A DNA stretch of 64,000 nucleotides from an uncultured Verrucomicrobiae bacterium (GTDB lineage Bacteria > Verrucomicrobiota > Verrucomicrobiia > Chthoniobacterales > Terrimicrobiaceae). Made by a program: the position numbers and the translations under genes. Below, piece by piece: positions 44,370-54,318 of the stretch (its first letter is position 1; every line of letters begins with the position of its first letter). The notes under the pieces were generated by a model. The model saw nothing but the letters and a program-made list of their open reading frames with translations, searched no databases and was not told the origin of the DNA. The stretch lies in assembly GCA_963706955.1 (NCBI GenBank), contig CAVPOC010000010.1, positions 160,001-224,000 on the forward strand. The letters are read 5' to 3'.

Positions 44370-45239
44370 TCAGCTCTGCTGCACAGGCACGGCATTGTCC
44401 GCCGGAGCGACGCGTGATCCGAATCGGTTAGCGTAGACCTGAGTAAACTCGGCGCCGAAGAAGAGTATCTGTGAGGAGTAATAGACCCACAGCAAAAGGA
44501 CGATCAACGACCCGGCGGCACCGTAAGAGGAGGCCACTCCGCTTTTGCCGAGGTAGATGCCGAGCGCAAATTTTCCGATGGTGAAGAGCAGTGCTGTTAG
44601 GAAGGCGCCAATCCAGACATCGTGCCAAGCGATCTTGGCGTCTGGCAGGAACTTAAAGATCGTTGCGAACAGCAGAGTGATCATCGATAGCGAAAGCACG
44701 ATGTTCAGTATATAGGCGAGTGCTTCGCTTCCGGGCATTAACCCTCCGATCCAATCCGCCATCAGGGCCATCCCTGCGGTCAGCAGCAACGAAACCAAAA
44801 GCAAGAAGCCAACCACAAGAGTAAAGCCAAAGGAAAGAAGGCGATCTTTAATTATGCCGAGCACGCCTCGTCCAGGCTTGGCTTTGACGCCCCAAATAGC
44901 GTTTAGGGATGCCTGGAGCTGGCCGAACACACCCGACGCACCAAACAGCAGCATGATGACGCTTATGATGGTCGCCACTACGCCGGCCGTTGGCTGTGCA
45001 TTAGCGCTCTGGACCATTTCTTCGACCGCTTTGCCGCCTTCTGCGCCGAGGAGGCCTCGCAACTCGTCGAAAATTTGCCCCTGAGCGGCCTCCTTTCCTA
45101 AGAAAAACCCCGCAATCGCAATCGCGATAGTCATGAGCGGAGCGAGAGAAAAGACGGTGTAATAAGCGAGCGCAGCCCCCAAGCTCGGCGCGTCATCTTC
45201 CATCCATTCCGAGGCAGTCTGTTTGAAAAGAGATAACAT
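44370..45239 (-). CDS. YihY/virulence factor BrkB family membrane protein
   Basis: Motifs GAALAYYTVFSLAP, LNAIW and YGAAGSLIVLLLWVYYSSQILFFGAEF. Confidence 0.93.
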   Translation of the reverse strand: MLSLFKQTASEWMEDDAPSLGAALAYYTVFSLAPLMTIAIAIAGFFLGKEAAQGQIFDELRGLLGAEGGKAVEEMVQSANAQPTAGVVATIISVIMLLFGASGVFGQLQASLNAIWGVKAKPGRGVLGIIKDRLLSFGFTLVVGFLLLVSLLLTAGMALMADWIGGLMPGSEALAYILNIVLSLSMITLLFATIFKFLPDAKIAWHDVWIGAFLTALLFTIGKFALGIYLGKSGVASSYGAAGSLIVLLLWVYYSSQILFFGAEFTQVYANRFGSRVAPADNAVPVQQS

Positions 45240-45340
45240 GTAGACCCGTGGCAGAGGCTATCTCATCGGCCAGCTTCGTCAGATCGCCAGGCGACTGCGG
45301 AAAGGGGATTGAACCCCGCCCCTGAGAGTAGGAACATTGC

Positions 45341-46423
45341 TTAAGATTGTGCGGGTGGAGGCTGACCGGGTCCCTGGCCCTGACCTTCTTGGTCGGTTTC
45401 CGAGTCGGCCTTCTTCAACGCCTCTGGCATAAGGTTTTCTTTGGCTGCGGCTTTACCCTCATCAGTAACTTTGTGCGCGATCTCGCCAAACTTTCCCGCG
45501 ATCTCGGATATCTTGTCACTGGCGGCTTCGGGCGTTAGACCCTGCTCCCGTGCTTCAATCATCGCGGTTTCGGTGACCTGTTCTGCCACCGCCTTGCCGC
45601 GCTCGAGGAGTTCCTGACCTTTCTCCTTAGTCGCATCCAGGAGCTGGTCGGATTTTTCTCCCATAAACTCGTCTTCAGGACGGGTGCGAGGCAGCAGCAC
45701 CCCAAAGAGCGCGCCTGCGGCAGCAAAACCGATCGCCACCGCCAAGGGATACTCTCTCATGGCCATGTCCAACTGCTCCGCGCCGGATCGATACCCTTGC
45801 TGCATTCCCTCGCCGATACGAACCGCAGTCGATCGGCCCTGGCTATAAACGTCTTGAGCGCGTCGTGTGAGATTCTCGGCGGCTTCGCTGGCCGTATCAC
45901 CGAGAGCCGACGCCTTGTCCTTGGCTGCGCCGGCGACCTCGCTGGCCGCATCGGCGAAGGCCGACGCTTTGTCCTTGGCTGCACCGGCGACCTCGCTGGC
46001 GGCATGCTTAGCTTGGCCGAGCCTACTTTGGGCTTTCTCAAGCGGATGGGATCCCTCCTTGGAAACACCTGGCGCCCGGCGGTCATCGACATCTCCGCGC
46101 GCACTGGATTCGTTTCCCTCATCTTCTGAGGCGGCGTCAATGATCATCCAAGCGACGCCGGTGGCAACTAACACCGCCGGAACGGGATGCTTCTTTACTT
46201 GGTAAGCTACGTTCCGGTAGGCACTCTTGGCCGCTCCGCCGCCCGGCATGGCAACTTGGCGGTTCGCCCACCAATCAAGGGCCGAGTTTACGATTGAACG
46301 CACGGTAAATTGATTCGAGAGCTCGTCCAAGGTCGCATCCATTCGATTGCGACGCTCTCGAATGTCCGATGCGATTTCACTCGAGGAGCGATCCTCCGTG
46401 TTCTGAATTTCTTCGTTTTTCAT
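45341..46423 (-). CDS. DUF3618-domain protein with LEA-like repeats and a DUF883-like C-terminal anchor
   Basis: EIASDIRERRNRMDATLDEL, KKHPVPAVLV, an AASEVAGAAKDKASA repeat and EYPLAVAIG..LLPRTRPED. Confidence 0.8.
   Translation of the reverse strand: MKNEEIQNTEDRSSSEIASDIRERRNRMDATLDELSNQFTVRSIVNSALDWWANRQVAMPGGGAAKSAYRNVAYQVKKHPVPAVLVATGVAWMIIDAASEDEGNESSARGDVDDRRAPGVSKEGSHPLEKAQSRLGQAKHAASEVAGAAKDKASAFADAASEVAGAAKDKASALGDTASEAAENLTRRAQDVYSQGRSTAVRIGEGMQQGYRSGAEQLDMAMREYPLAVAIGFAAAGALFGVLLPRTRPEDEFMGEKSDQLLDATKEKGQELLERGKAVAEQVTETAMIEAREQGLTPEAASDKISEIAGKFGEIAHKVTDEGKAAAKENLMPEALKKADSETDQEGQGQGPGQPPPAQS
45906..46003. repeat. 54-bp-period intragenic tandem duplication (18-aa LEA-like unit)
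   Basis: GCCGACGCCTTGTCCTTGGCTGCGCCGGCGACCTCGCTGGC at 45906, with a near-identical copy at 45960. Confidence 0.85.
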
Positions 46424-46833
46424 GAGACTTTCTTTTGGACCCACTCTTTATCTTCTTCGAGGGTTTTGACGGTTTTCGTTGGGATGGGCGTTTCTTTCTT
46501 CAGCGTGTTGATTGCCTTCATAACGAGGCTTGCACCCACCCCGCCGACGATAACTCCCACAATCAGGAAGCTGAGCAGATTTGCGACCGGTTCAGAAACG
46601 TCGCCGGCCAGAAACATTGCCCTTAAAATGAAACTCACCGCCACGAGCAGGAAAATCACTCCTGCGTAGGCAACGAGCGCACCGACCGCCAAATAGCCGA
46701 CGTTGCGAGAGGCGGTCGCAATCTTCTCACCAATTTCGGTCTTCGCGAGCGCGACCTCATCGCGAATGAGTCCGCTGGTGTCGTCGCGAAGGCTTTTTAC
46801 AAGATCGAGGATGTTGACTGGTTGGTCATGCAT
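46420..46833 (-). CDS. Phage_holin_3_6/DUF1469 (YqjE-like) membrane protein
   Basis: LIRDEVALAKTEI, two TM segments and PTKTVKTLEEDKEW. Confidence 0.85.
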   Translation of the reverse strand: MHDQPVNILDLVKSLRDDTSGLIRDEVALAKTEIGEKIATASRNVGYLAVGALVAYAGVIFLLVAVSFILRAMFLAGDVSEPVANLLSFLIVGVIVGGVGASLVMKAINTLKKETPIPTKTVKTLEEDKEWVQKKVS

Positions 46834-46857
46834 GATGAAATTCTATTAGCTTCCACC

Positions 46858-47499
46858 TCAGGGAATCCCGACCGACTGGGCGGGAGGCACTGGTGGATAC
46901 GGTTGTGGTGGTGGCTGGCTGGAAACTCCGGCGCCCCAGCTTAGATCTGGAGATTCCACATGGGTGCTCACGGCCATCGAACTCTCGCGTGGGCTTTGTC
47001 GGCGAGATGCCTTGAAGAATCTGGCCGCCGCGAAGCCGACCACAAATAAGCCGCCGAAGACGAGCTCGGGCTTCCGCCTGGCCAGCGACTCAAGATCATC
47101 AAGAAGTTCCGCGGGCTCCTTCTCTCGCAAATAGTCGGAAATTCGATTGAGGCTTCCGGCGGCCTTCTCCGCGGGACCAGCCAGGATGTTGTCCTCATCC
47201 CCACGAAGTTTCTCGGACATCGACTGGACTGCGTTTGCATATTCGGAAAACCGGCCTGCCAGACTCTCTTTCTGGTTCTTAACGAAGCTTTGCCCGGTCT
47301 CTTGTGCTTCGCGAACGGCCGACTGAGCCGCGGACTTGATGTGGTCCACCGCAGCAGAGCCCTCCTTCCGTGCAGACTCCTTTAAATGTTCCATTTTTGA
47401 CCGCGCCTCGTCGACTACCCGAGATGTCTCCATTGAGCCTGAAGATGGAGTCGAGGCCGATTCGCGCTGTCCTGTTGAAGAGGTGTTGCTTTCGTTCAT
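46858..47499 (-). CDS. Hydrophilic helical stress protein with a C-terminal membrane anchor (ElaB/YqjD-like tail)
   Basis: LLDDLESLARRKPELVFGGLFVVGFAAARFFKAS; first gene of the triad with the holin-like and DUF3618 genes. Confidence 0.75.
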   Translation of the reverse strand: MNESNTSSTGQRESASTPSSGSMETSRVVDEARSKMEHLKESARKEGSAAVDHIKSAAQSAVREAQETGQSFVKNQKESLAGRFSEYANAVQSMSEKLRGDEDNILAGPAEKAAGSLNRISDYLREKEPAELLDDLESLARRKPELVFGGLFVVGFAAARFFKASRRQSPRESSMAVSTHVESPDLSWGAGVSSQPPPQPYPPVPPAQSVGIP

Positions 47500-47872
47500 T
47501 TTCCTTAAAGGTGACTTAGCTCGCGATTTTGTTAGATTCGCTTGTGGGAAATGAAACGGATCAGCTTGAACGGCGGCTGGATTTTTTGCGGGCATGAGCC
47601 CAACTTCAGGAACATCCCCTAGGGAGGGCCACCGCTGAGTTCTTCCAAACCGAGACCAAACCCTTAGTCTCTCGTGTGTAAGGTTTCGGCACTCGCACCG
47701 CTTCTGCCGGATTTCGCAGGACTTTAGTTTGGCCGGCGGACTTCAAATTTATCCTACGGCTGCCTCGGCGGCGCGTAGCCAAGACCTCGAAACATTAGAC
47801 GATCTGCTCGGCCACGAGAGAAATGCGGCTGTTTCGCAACCTTTGGGGGATCGACATGCGATTCCAAGACGT

Positions 47873-48268
47873 ATGACGAGTGTCTTGAAAGCGTCCCGCC
47901 TGTTGCGAATATTTGTCGTGGAAGACCACCCAGACACCCTTCAGGCGCTTTGCCTCTACCTCAAATACGTCGGACACACCGTCCGGAGTGCTCGCACGAA
48001 AGAGGAAGCCCTTAACAGTATCACGCAGGGAGATAATGATGTCCTCATCTCCGATATTGGCCTCTCCGACGGCAATGGATGGGATCTCATCCGCGAGATG
48101 GGCGATTCCCGTCCGCAATTTGCGATTGCCATGAGCGGCTATGGCACCGCGGCTGATCTCGAGAGGAGCACGGAGGCTGGCTTTCGGCATCACTTGATAA
48201 AACCTGTCTCTTTGGAGAAATTAGCCGCCGTCCTGGACGAGGCAGTCATGGAAGTGCACGGACGTTAG
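47873..48268 (+). CDS. Single-domain response regulator (REC)
   Basis: Motifs VVEDH, ISDIGL, AMSGYG and HLIKP. Confidence 0.88.
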   Translation: MTSVLKASRLLRIFVVEDHPDTLQALCLYLKYVGHTVRSARTKEEALNSITQGDNDVLISDIGLSDGNGWDLIREMGDSRPQFAIAMSGYGTAADLERSTEAGFRHHLIKPVSLEKLAAVLDEAVMEVHGR

Positions 48269-48345
48269 GACCCGGTTTTGCCGTCGCCGGATCCTGGTCG
48301 CGCAAGGAGATGCTGCCACTTAAAATGATTGTGAGAAGTATTCGC

Positions 48346-48428
48346 TTGTGGCGATGATGTCCGCATCGTCGAAATTCGCTTCGTCCGCGGCTCATCCGAC
48401 GGATGCTATCCGGAAACGCCGCCATAAA
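48346..48428. repeat. Degenerate GTAG-type REP doublet
   Basis: TTGTGGCGATGATGTCCGCATCGTCG is nearly identical to the left arm at 26145; the right arm has decayed. Confidence 0.6.
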
Positions 48429-48502
48429 GGAGCGCACAATTTTAACAGATTGCCCCGATTCGGCACCCGAACTGCTAGGGAAAGCGTTTAACCGATTTGA
48501 AT

Positions 48503-49306
48503 ATGATTCTTGAAGCTGGATGCACAATGACCGTGGACGCAGCAGACAATTCCGCTGTTGTCCTCATGTTGAGACCGCAAAGCGGCCTTGGTCAGGAAGT
48601 GAAACAAAGTCACCTCTCGATCGAGCCGCCAGTGAACTTGTATGAATTTCACGATGCCTTCGGAAACCTTCAGCAGAGAACCATGCTGGGGCAAGGCCGG
48701 TCGATCATCACTACTGCCTGCACCGTCGATACGCCTGATGAGATCGCCTCGGAACCCGACGCACATTTCACGCTGATACAGAATCTTCCCGACGACGTGA
48801 TCCATTATCTTTTGCCAAGCCGCTACTGCGAGGCCGACAAGATGCTGAAATTGGCCACCTCGATCGTCAAACAATCAGCCCCGGGCTATCCACAAGCGGA
48901 AGCGATCAGAAGCTGGATCTTTCGCAAGGTGCGATACAGATACGGCGTCAGTAATTCTTCCACCTCCGCGGCGGACACCGCCAAAGGACGTGCCGGCGTC
49001 TGCCGAGACTTCGCCCATTTGGGTATCGCGCTCTGCCGAGCGCTGAGAATTCCTGCGCGGATGGTGGTAGGCTACCTTTATCAACTGGAACCCATGGACC
49101 TGCATGCTTGGTTCGAGGCCTTTGTCGGTGGTCGGTGGTACACGTTCGATGCGACGCAAAAAAGGCCTCGTGGCAATCGGATCATCATTGGCTATGGGCG
49201 CGACGCCGCGGACGTTGCTCAGCTAAGCGAATATGGACCGCTCAAAACGACGTCGATGTCGGTATGGGTCAAAGCCTCCAAGGGCGCCGCCGCCGCGGCG
49301 GCGTGA
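48503..49306 (+). CDS. Transglutaminase-like family protein
   Basis: Catalytic triad motifs GVCRDFAH, DLHAWFE and TFDAT; also YLLPSRYC and GRDAADV. Confidence 0.92.
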   Translation: MILEAGCTMTVDAADNSAVVLMLRPQSGLGQEVKQSHLSIEPPVNLYEFHDAFGNLQQRTMLGQGRSIITTACTVDTPDEIASEPDAHFTLIQNLPDDVIHYLLPSRYCEADKMLKLATSIVKQSAPGYPQAEAIRSWIFRKVRYRYGVSNSSTSAADTAKGRAGVCRDFAHLGIALCRALRIPARMVVGYLYQLEPMDLHAWFEAFVGGRWYTFDATQKRPRGNRIIIGYGRDAADVAQLSEYGPLKTTSMSVWVKASKGAAAAAA

Positions 49307-49396
49307 GCCATTCGAGCAAACGGCGAGTTCGGCCGAGAAAGCAGACTAATTCCACGACCATCACACAAGGTTGCCGCGATACGCTTGCGACGACGT

Positions 49397-49660
49397 ATGG
49401 AGCAGGAAACCGATAAGATTCATGTTATTTCTCTCGCGGACGACTGGGAGGTAGAATCGCAGAGCGGAGTTCCGTTGGCGCACGAAGACGAGAAATGCGA
49501 CGCCATTGACACCGCCAGGAAACTCGCACAGCAACGAGGCATCGAAACAGTGATCCTTCATCATGGCGACGGCGTGACCGAGAAAATCCCGGCCATGCCG
49601 CCCGAAGAGATCATCGCGCCCGCGAAAGCTGACGAACCAAGATCCTCCTCCGCAGGTTAG
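49397..49660 (+). CDS. DUF2188-like small protein
   Basis: IHV...DDWEVE...K.DAIDTARKLA...VILHHGDG pattern. Confidence 0.7.
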   Translation: MEQETDKIHVISLADDWEVESQSGVPLAHEDEKCDAIDTARKLAQQRGIETVILHHGDGVTEKIPAMPPEEIIAPAKADEPRSSSAG

Positions 49661-49749
49661 ACGGCTCCGTCGCGCTGAGAAACTCTTGAACCCTAAAGCC
49701 GACTGGATAGAGGTAGGTCTTCGCCTACTTTGCGACCATCTCTGCAGCT

Positions 49750-50388
49750 ATGAATCGCGTCTTCGTGCTTTCCCCTGCTCGCTCCAACGGCCGTCGTGCA
49801 CAGCTTCTCACTCGTCCGGAAGCTTCCTTTGAATTGGCCAGACAGGTGCGAATTGGCGATGCGAAACTTGGGGATGTTTTTGCTTTCTGCAGCGGATTGT
49901 ACTTTCGCGGAAAGCTCGTCTATGGACAACGCTTCGCCCAGCCTCCCGGTGAAGTGGCAGGGGTGCAGATTATCACCCCCACCCGAGGGTTACTTCCGCC
50001 GGAAACTCGGCTTGGAATTGAGGAGCTTCGCGAATTTGTCAGCGTGGCGGTGGCTGCCGATCAACGCCGGTTCACACGTCCCTTGCAACGGTCGGCTGAA
50101 ATGCTGGCCGCGGTCTCCTGCGAGGTGATTCTGCTCGGGAGCATTGCCACCGGCAAATACGTCGATTGCTTGCTCCCCATCTTCGCGCAACGGCTCCTGT
50201 TTCCCTCCGAGTTCGTCGGACGCGGCGACATGAGCCGCGGAGCCCTGCTTTTGAGGTGCGTCGCCGACAACAAGGAGTTAGACTATATCCCAGTCATGGG
50301 AGCGGTCCGGCGAGGGCAGCGCCCACAGTCTTTTGGGAGCACCCCGAAAAGACCCTTGACCCCGCCTCCGCCGACAGAGGCACGTTGA
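49750..50388 (+). CDS. Conserved hypothetical protein
   Basis: Conserved-looking blocks FVLSPA, SGLYFRGK, IITPTRGL, VILLGSIATGKY and FVGRGDMSRG. Confidence 0.8.
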   Translation: MNRVFVLSPARSNGRRAQLLTRPEASFELARQVRIGDAKLGDVFAFCSGLYFRGKLVYGQRFAQPPGEVAGVQIITPTRGLLPPETRLGIEELREFVSVAVAADQRRFTRPLQRSAEMLAAVSCEVILLGSIATGKYVDCLLPIFAQRLLFPSEFVGRGDMSRGALLLRCVADNKELDYIPVMGAVRRGQRPQSFGSTPKRPLTPPPPTEAR

Positions 50389-50531
50389 CTTAGGAATAGC
50401 TGCCTGACTGTCCGGCTGGTCGATTTATTCCATCCACCGACCCCTTGACATTCGATCCCCTCGCGAAGCGTGGAGCCGTGAGACTTGCAGTTAAGAGTTC
50501 GGCAAGCCTCCATCTGCAAATTCGACCCAGC

Positions 50532-52031
50532 ATGAAAACTCGATCGCTTTGGAGCGCCACTTCATCTACCCCAGACTTTCCTCCACTCCACGGCAATATC
50601 GAAGTTGACGTTCTCGTGGTGGGAGCCGGGATTACGGGGGTCACCACCGCCTATCTTCTGAAGCAAGCTGGAAGCCGGGTGGCAGTGGTCGACCTGAAAA
50701 GCGTCGGCTCGGGCGAAACCTCCCATACAACCGCCCATGTTACCCTCGTGACCGACACCCGCCTCCAGGAACTCGCATCCCGAATGGGCCAGGAGCAAGC
50801 ACAGGCTTTCTGGGGCGCTGGGCAACTGGCCATGAAGCAGATCGAAGGCATTGTCGATGAACTCCAGATCGACTGCGAATTGAAGCGAATTCCAGGTTAT
50901 CTTTTCGCCGCAGTCGGCGCAAACACGGAACAAGAGGCCAAATCGCTGCGAGAGGAGGCTCTCATTGCTGACAGCCTCGGCTTTGACGCATCGTTCATCA
51001 ACAGCGATCCGCTCTTCCGGCGTCCAGCCATCAGATTTCCGAATCAATTGAAGTTCCACCCGCTGAAGTATGTGAACGCCGTGGCCAAGGCTCTACCCGG
51101 TAAAGGTTGTCACGTGTTTTCACGAACAAGCGGAAGTAACATCAACAGCGACAAACATCAGTTAACTACTGACGGAGGAACCATCACCTACGACGCCGTC
51201 GTTGCCGCCACGCATGTGCCCATCCAAGGAGAGCGCGATACCTTCCGCGCGGCCCTCTTTCAAACCAAGTTGGCCGCTTACTCCACCTACGCGGTAGAGG
51301 CAGAAGTGCCACCCATGGCGGAGTCACTTTTTTGGGACACCAACGACCCCTACCTTTATCTTCGATTCGACGGACACGAAGGGGCAACGTCACTGATCCT
51401 CGGTGGCGAGGATCACAAGACAGGCCAGGAAGAAGATACCGAGAACCGCTACGAAAAATTGAGCGGCATTTTGGCCAAGATCTTTCCCGAATCGAAGCCC
51501 CGACATCGCTGGTCCGGACAGGTGCTCGAAACCCCTGATGGCCTGCCCTATATCGGGGAAGTGGCGCCGCATCAGTTTGTTGCGACAGGATTTTCCGGAA
51601 ATGGCATGACCTTGGGAACATTCTCTGCGATTTTGATTCGAGATCTTATCACCGGCCGATCCAATCCATGGACGCAACTTTTCTCACCTGATCGCAAGGC
51701 CACTGTCGGGGCATGGGAATACGTCCGGGAGAACAAAGACTATCCGGCCTATTTTCTGCGGGGTCTGATTCGTCCCCCCGCGACAATGGACGATGTGCAA
51801 CGTGGCTCGGGAGCCGTCGTCCAGCTTGATGGCAAAAAGCGGGCAATCTACTGCAACGACAAAGGGCAGCAGACCGTGCTTTCCCCGATCTGTCCCCACA
51901 TGGGCTGTGTAGTTGCCTGGAACAGCGCCGAGAAAACCTGGGACTGTCCGTGTCACGGCTCGCGCTTCACCGCCACCGGCGAACTCCTCGCTGGTCCGGC
52001 GGAATCTAATCTTGAGCCGGAGAAAGTATGA
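50532..52031 (+). CDS. FAD-dependent oxidoreductase with a C-terminal Rieske [2Fe-2S] domain (YhfW-like)
   Basis: Motifs VVGAGITG, GGEDH, WSGQ..TPDGLPYIG, CPHMGC and WDCPCHGSRF. Confidence 0.93.
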   Translation: MKTRSLWSATSSTPDFPPLHGNIEVDVLVVGAGITGVTTAYLLKQAGSRVAVVDLKSVGSGETSHTTAHVTLVTDTRLQELASRMGQEQAQAFWGAGQLAMKQIEGIVDELQIDCELKRIPGYLFAAVGANTEQEAKSLREEALIADSLGFDASFINSDPLFRRPAIRFPNQLKFHPLKYVNAVAKALPGKGCHVFSRTSGSNINSDKHQLTTDGGTITYDAVVAATHVPIQGERDTFRAALFQTKLAAYSTYAVEAEVPPMAESLFWDTNDPYLYLRFDGHEGATSLILGGEDHKTGQEEDTENRYEKLSGILAKIFPESKPRHRWSGQVLETPDGLPYIGEVAPHQFVATGFSGNGMTLGTFSAILIRDLITGRSNPWTQLFSPDRKATVGAWEYVRENKDYPAYFLRGLIRPPATMDDVQRGSGAVVQLDGKKRAIYCNDKGQQTVLSPICPHMGCVVAWNSAEKTWDCPCHGSRFTATGELLAGPAESNLEPEKV

Positions 52032-53045
52032 AGCTGCTCGGAGCACTGCTGGCCGCCTGTGGATTAGCTGGGCTGTTGCTGCTGCGCCGGCCGGTGAACT
52101 ATTCGCTCGCGGATAAGGTAGTCGTGATAACCGGCGGCTCTCGCGGTCTTGGGTTGGCCCTGGCCCGCGAGTTTTCGCGTCACGGCGCCAAGGTCGCCTT
52201 GCTCGCAAGAGATCGTGAGGAACTCGAGCGCGCAGCAACCGATTTGCGCGACTCAGGCGCCGAGGTAACAACCTGGACGTGCGACGTGCAGCGCGACCAA
52301 GAAGTGGAGAAGACTATCTCGGCGATCGGGCGCGAGTACGGTCGCATCGATGTCCTCGTCAATAACGCGGGAATTATGCTGGTCGCACCTCTCGACCTCA
52401 TGGTGAAAGCAGATTTCGAGGAGGCTATGAACGTCCATTTTTGGGCGGCGTATCGGGTGACCATGGCAGCGCTCCCGCTTCTCAAGCAGAGTCGGCCGAG
52501 CCGCATCGTGAATATTTCTTCGATCGGAGGGCGCGTGGCCGTCCCGCACATGGCGCCCTACTGCGCGAGCAAGTTTGCGGTCTCGGGCTTTTCCGATGCG
52601 ATTCGGGCGGAGCTCGCGCGCGAAGGCGTGCAGGTGACCTCGGTTTCTCCCGGACTCATGCGGACGGGCTCCCATATCAACGCCGAGTTCAAGGGCAGTC
52701 ACGCCAAGGAATTCGCATGGTTTTCGATCAGCGCGGGCATGCCGTTCCTCTCCATTGACGCATCGCGCGCTGCGCGCCAAATCGTCGAGGCCGCGCGAAG
52801 TGGCCGCCCTGAACTCACGATTACACTTCAGGCCCGCGCGCTCATTCTCGCTCAGGCTCTGGCGCCGAACCTCTTTGCACGCGCCATTCAATTGGTCAAC
52901 GTCCTCGCTTCCTGAAAATCCCGGCGGTGAGGCCCCGAGCCGCCGTAAGGGTTATCATTGTCAGTCCGACGTGTCTCCCTCTCGGCTGACGCAGCTCGCG
53001 GACGCAGCGAGTCCGCACTACAACGAAATACCCAAATCTGGGTGA
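52028..53045 (+). CDS. SDR oxidoreductase with an N-terminal anchor; frameshift at ~52907
   Basis: Motifs TGGSRGLG, NNAG, NISSIGG, YCASK and PGLMRTGSH. The track ORF stops at 52915; the shifted frame continues LPENPGG..SPSRLTQLADAA..YNE. Confidence 0.85.
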
Positions 53046-53111
53046 GCTGGAGAGTGCCGGCCCGCTCACTCTCTATCGAACTCGGCAAATGAGTCCGAAC
53101 CAGAGTTATCT

Positions 53112-54270
53112 ATGAAAGCAGTTGTTTTCCACAAACCGAAAGACATGCGCGTTGAGACCGTCGATGATCCTTCTCTAGAGGATGCGCGGGACGTCATCTT
53201 GCGAGTTACCGCGACCGCGATTTGCGGCTCAGACCTGCACCTCTACAACGGATTTTTTCCTCAGACTAAGCCGCTGGTGATGGGACATGAATTCATGGGC
53301 ATTGTCGAGGAAGTGGGCTCGGAAATACGGAACCTCCAACGTGGTGATCGAGTCGTCGTTCCCTTTCCCGATCGCTTGCGGCGGCTGCTTTTTCTGTAAC
53401 CAAGGACTTCCGGTCCAGTGTGAAAAATCTAATCACAAGCATTACGGTCCCGAAGGCGCCATGTTTGACCAAAAGGGCGGCGCACTCTTTGGATATACCG
53501 ACCTCTACGGCGGTTACAGTGGCGGCCAGGCTGAGTATGTGCGCGTGCCTTACGCCGATATCGGACCACGCAAAGTGCCAGAGCGCTTCAGCGACGAAGA
53601 AGTGCTTTTTCTTACAGATATTCTCCCGACCGGATTCTCAGGCGTGGAATGGGCGGGCGTCCAAGGAGGCGAGACCGTCGCCGTCTTTGGCTGCGGGCCA
53701 GTCGGTTTGATGGCCCAGAAGTGCGCGTGGGTTCGAGGCGCCGGGCGCGTCATTGGACTGGATATCGAACCCTACAGACTTGAAATGGCCAAGCGGAGCG
53801 CAAATTCCGAGGTGATAAATGTAAAGGAGGGCGATCCCGTAGAGGCTATCCGCGCGATGACGGACGGACGCGGGGCCGATGTTTGTATCGACGCCGTTGG
53901 GATGGAGGCGGAGCGATCGTTGCTGGACAAAGCGAAGAACGTTCTCCACATGCAAATGGGAACGATCAACGTGCTCAAGATGTGCTTCAGCGCCGCCCGT
54001 CGCGGGGGCGCGGTCTCGATCCTGGGAGTTTATGGCATGCCCTATGATAACTTCCCGATTGGCCAAATCTTCGACAAAGGTCTGAAGATTTACGCCGGGC
54101 AGGCACTCGTCCATCGCTACATCGATGAATTGATCTCGTGGCTGGAAAACGACCGCATCCGACTGAATGACATCATCACTCACCGACTTCCGTTGGCTGA
54201 AGCTCCTCACGGTTACGAGATCTTTAACGAGAAGAAAGAGAACTGCGTCAAAATCGTGCTCTCCCCATAA
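53112..54270 (+). CDS. Zinc-dependent alcohol/formaldehyde dehydrogenase-like MDR (YbdR/AdhB-like); frameshift at ~53368
   Basis: TAICGSDLH and GHEFMG, then [25 protein letters not shown] and CVKIVL in the next frame. Confidence 0.9.
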
Positions 54271-54318
54271 GGAATCGCACCTTCTAGCCCTTATCCAACG
54301 CGCGCCGAGCCGACTCAT

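Noticed and set aside
46420..46833. Holin-family gene as a prophage marker
   Set aside because: No phage structural, lysis or integrase genes; this family is common in stress-gene triads.
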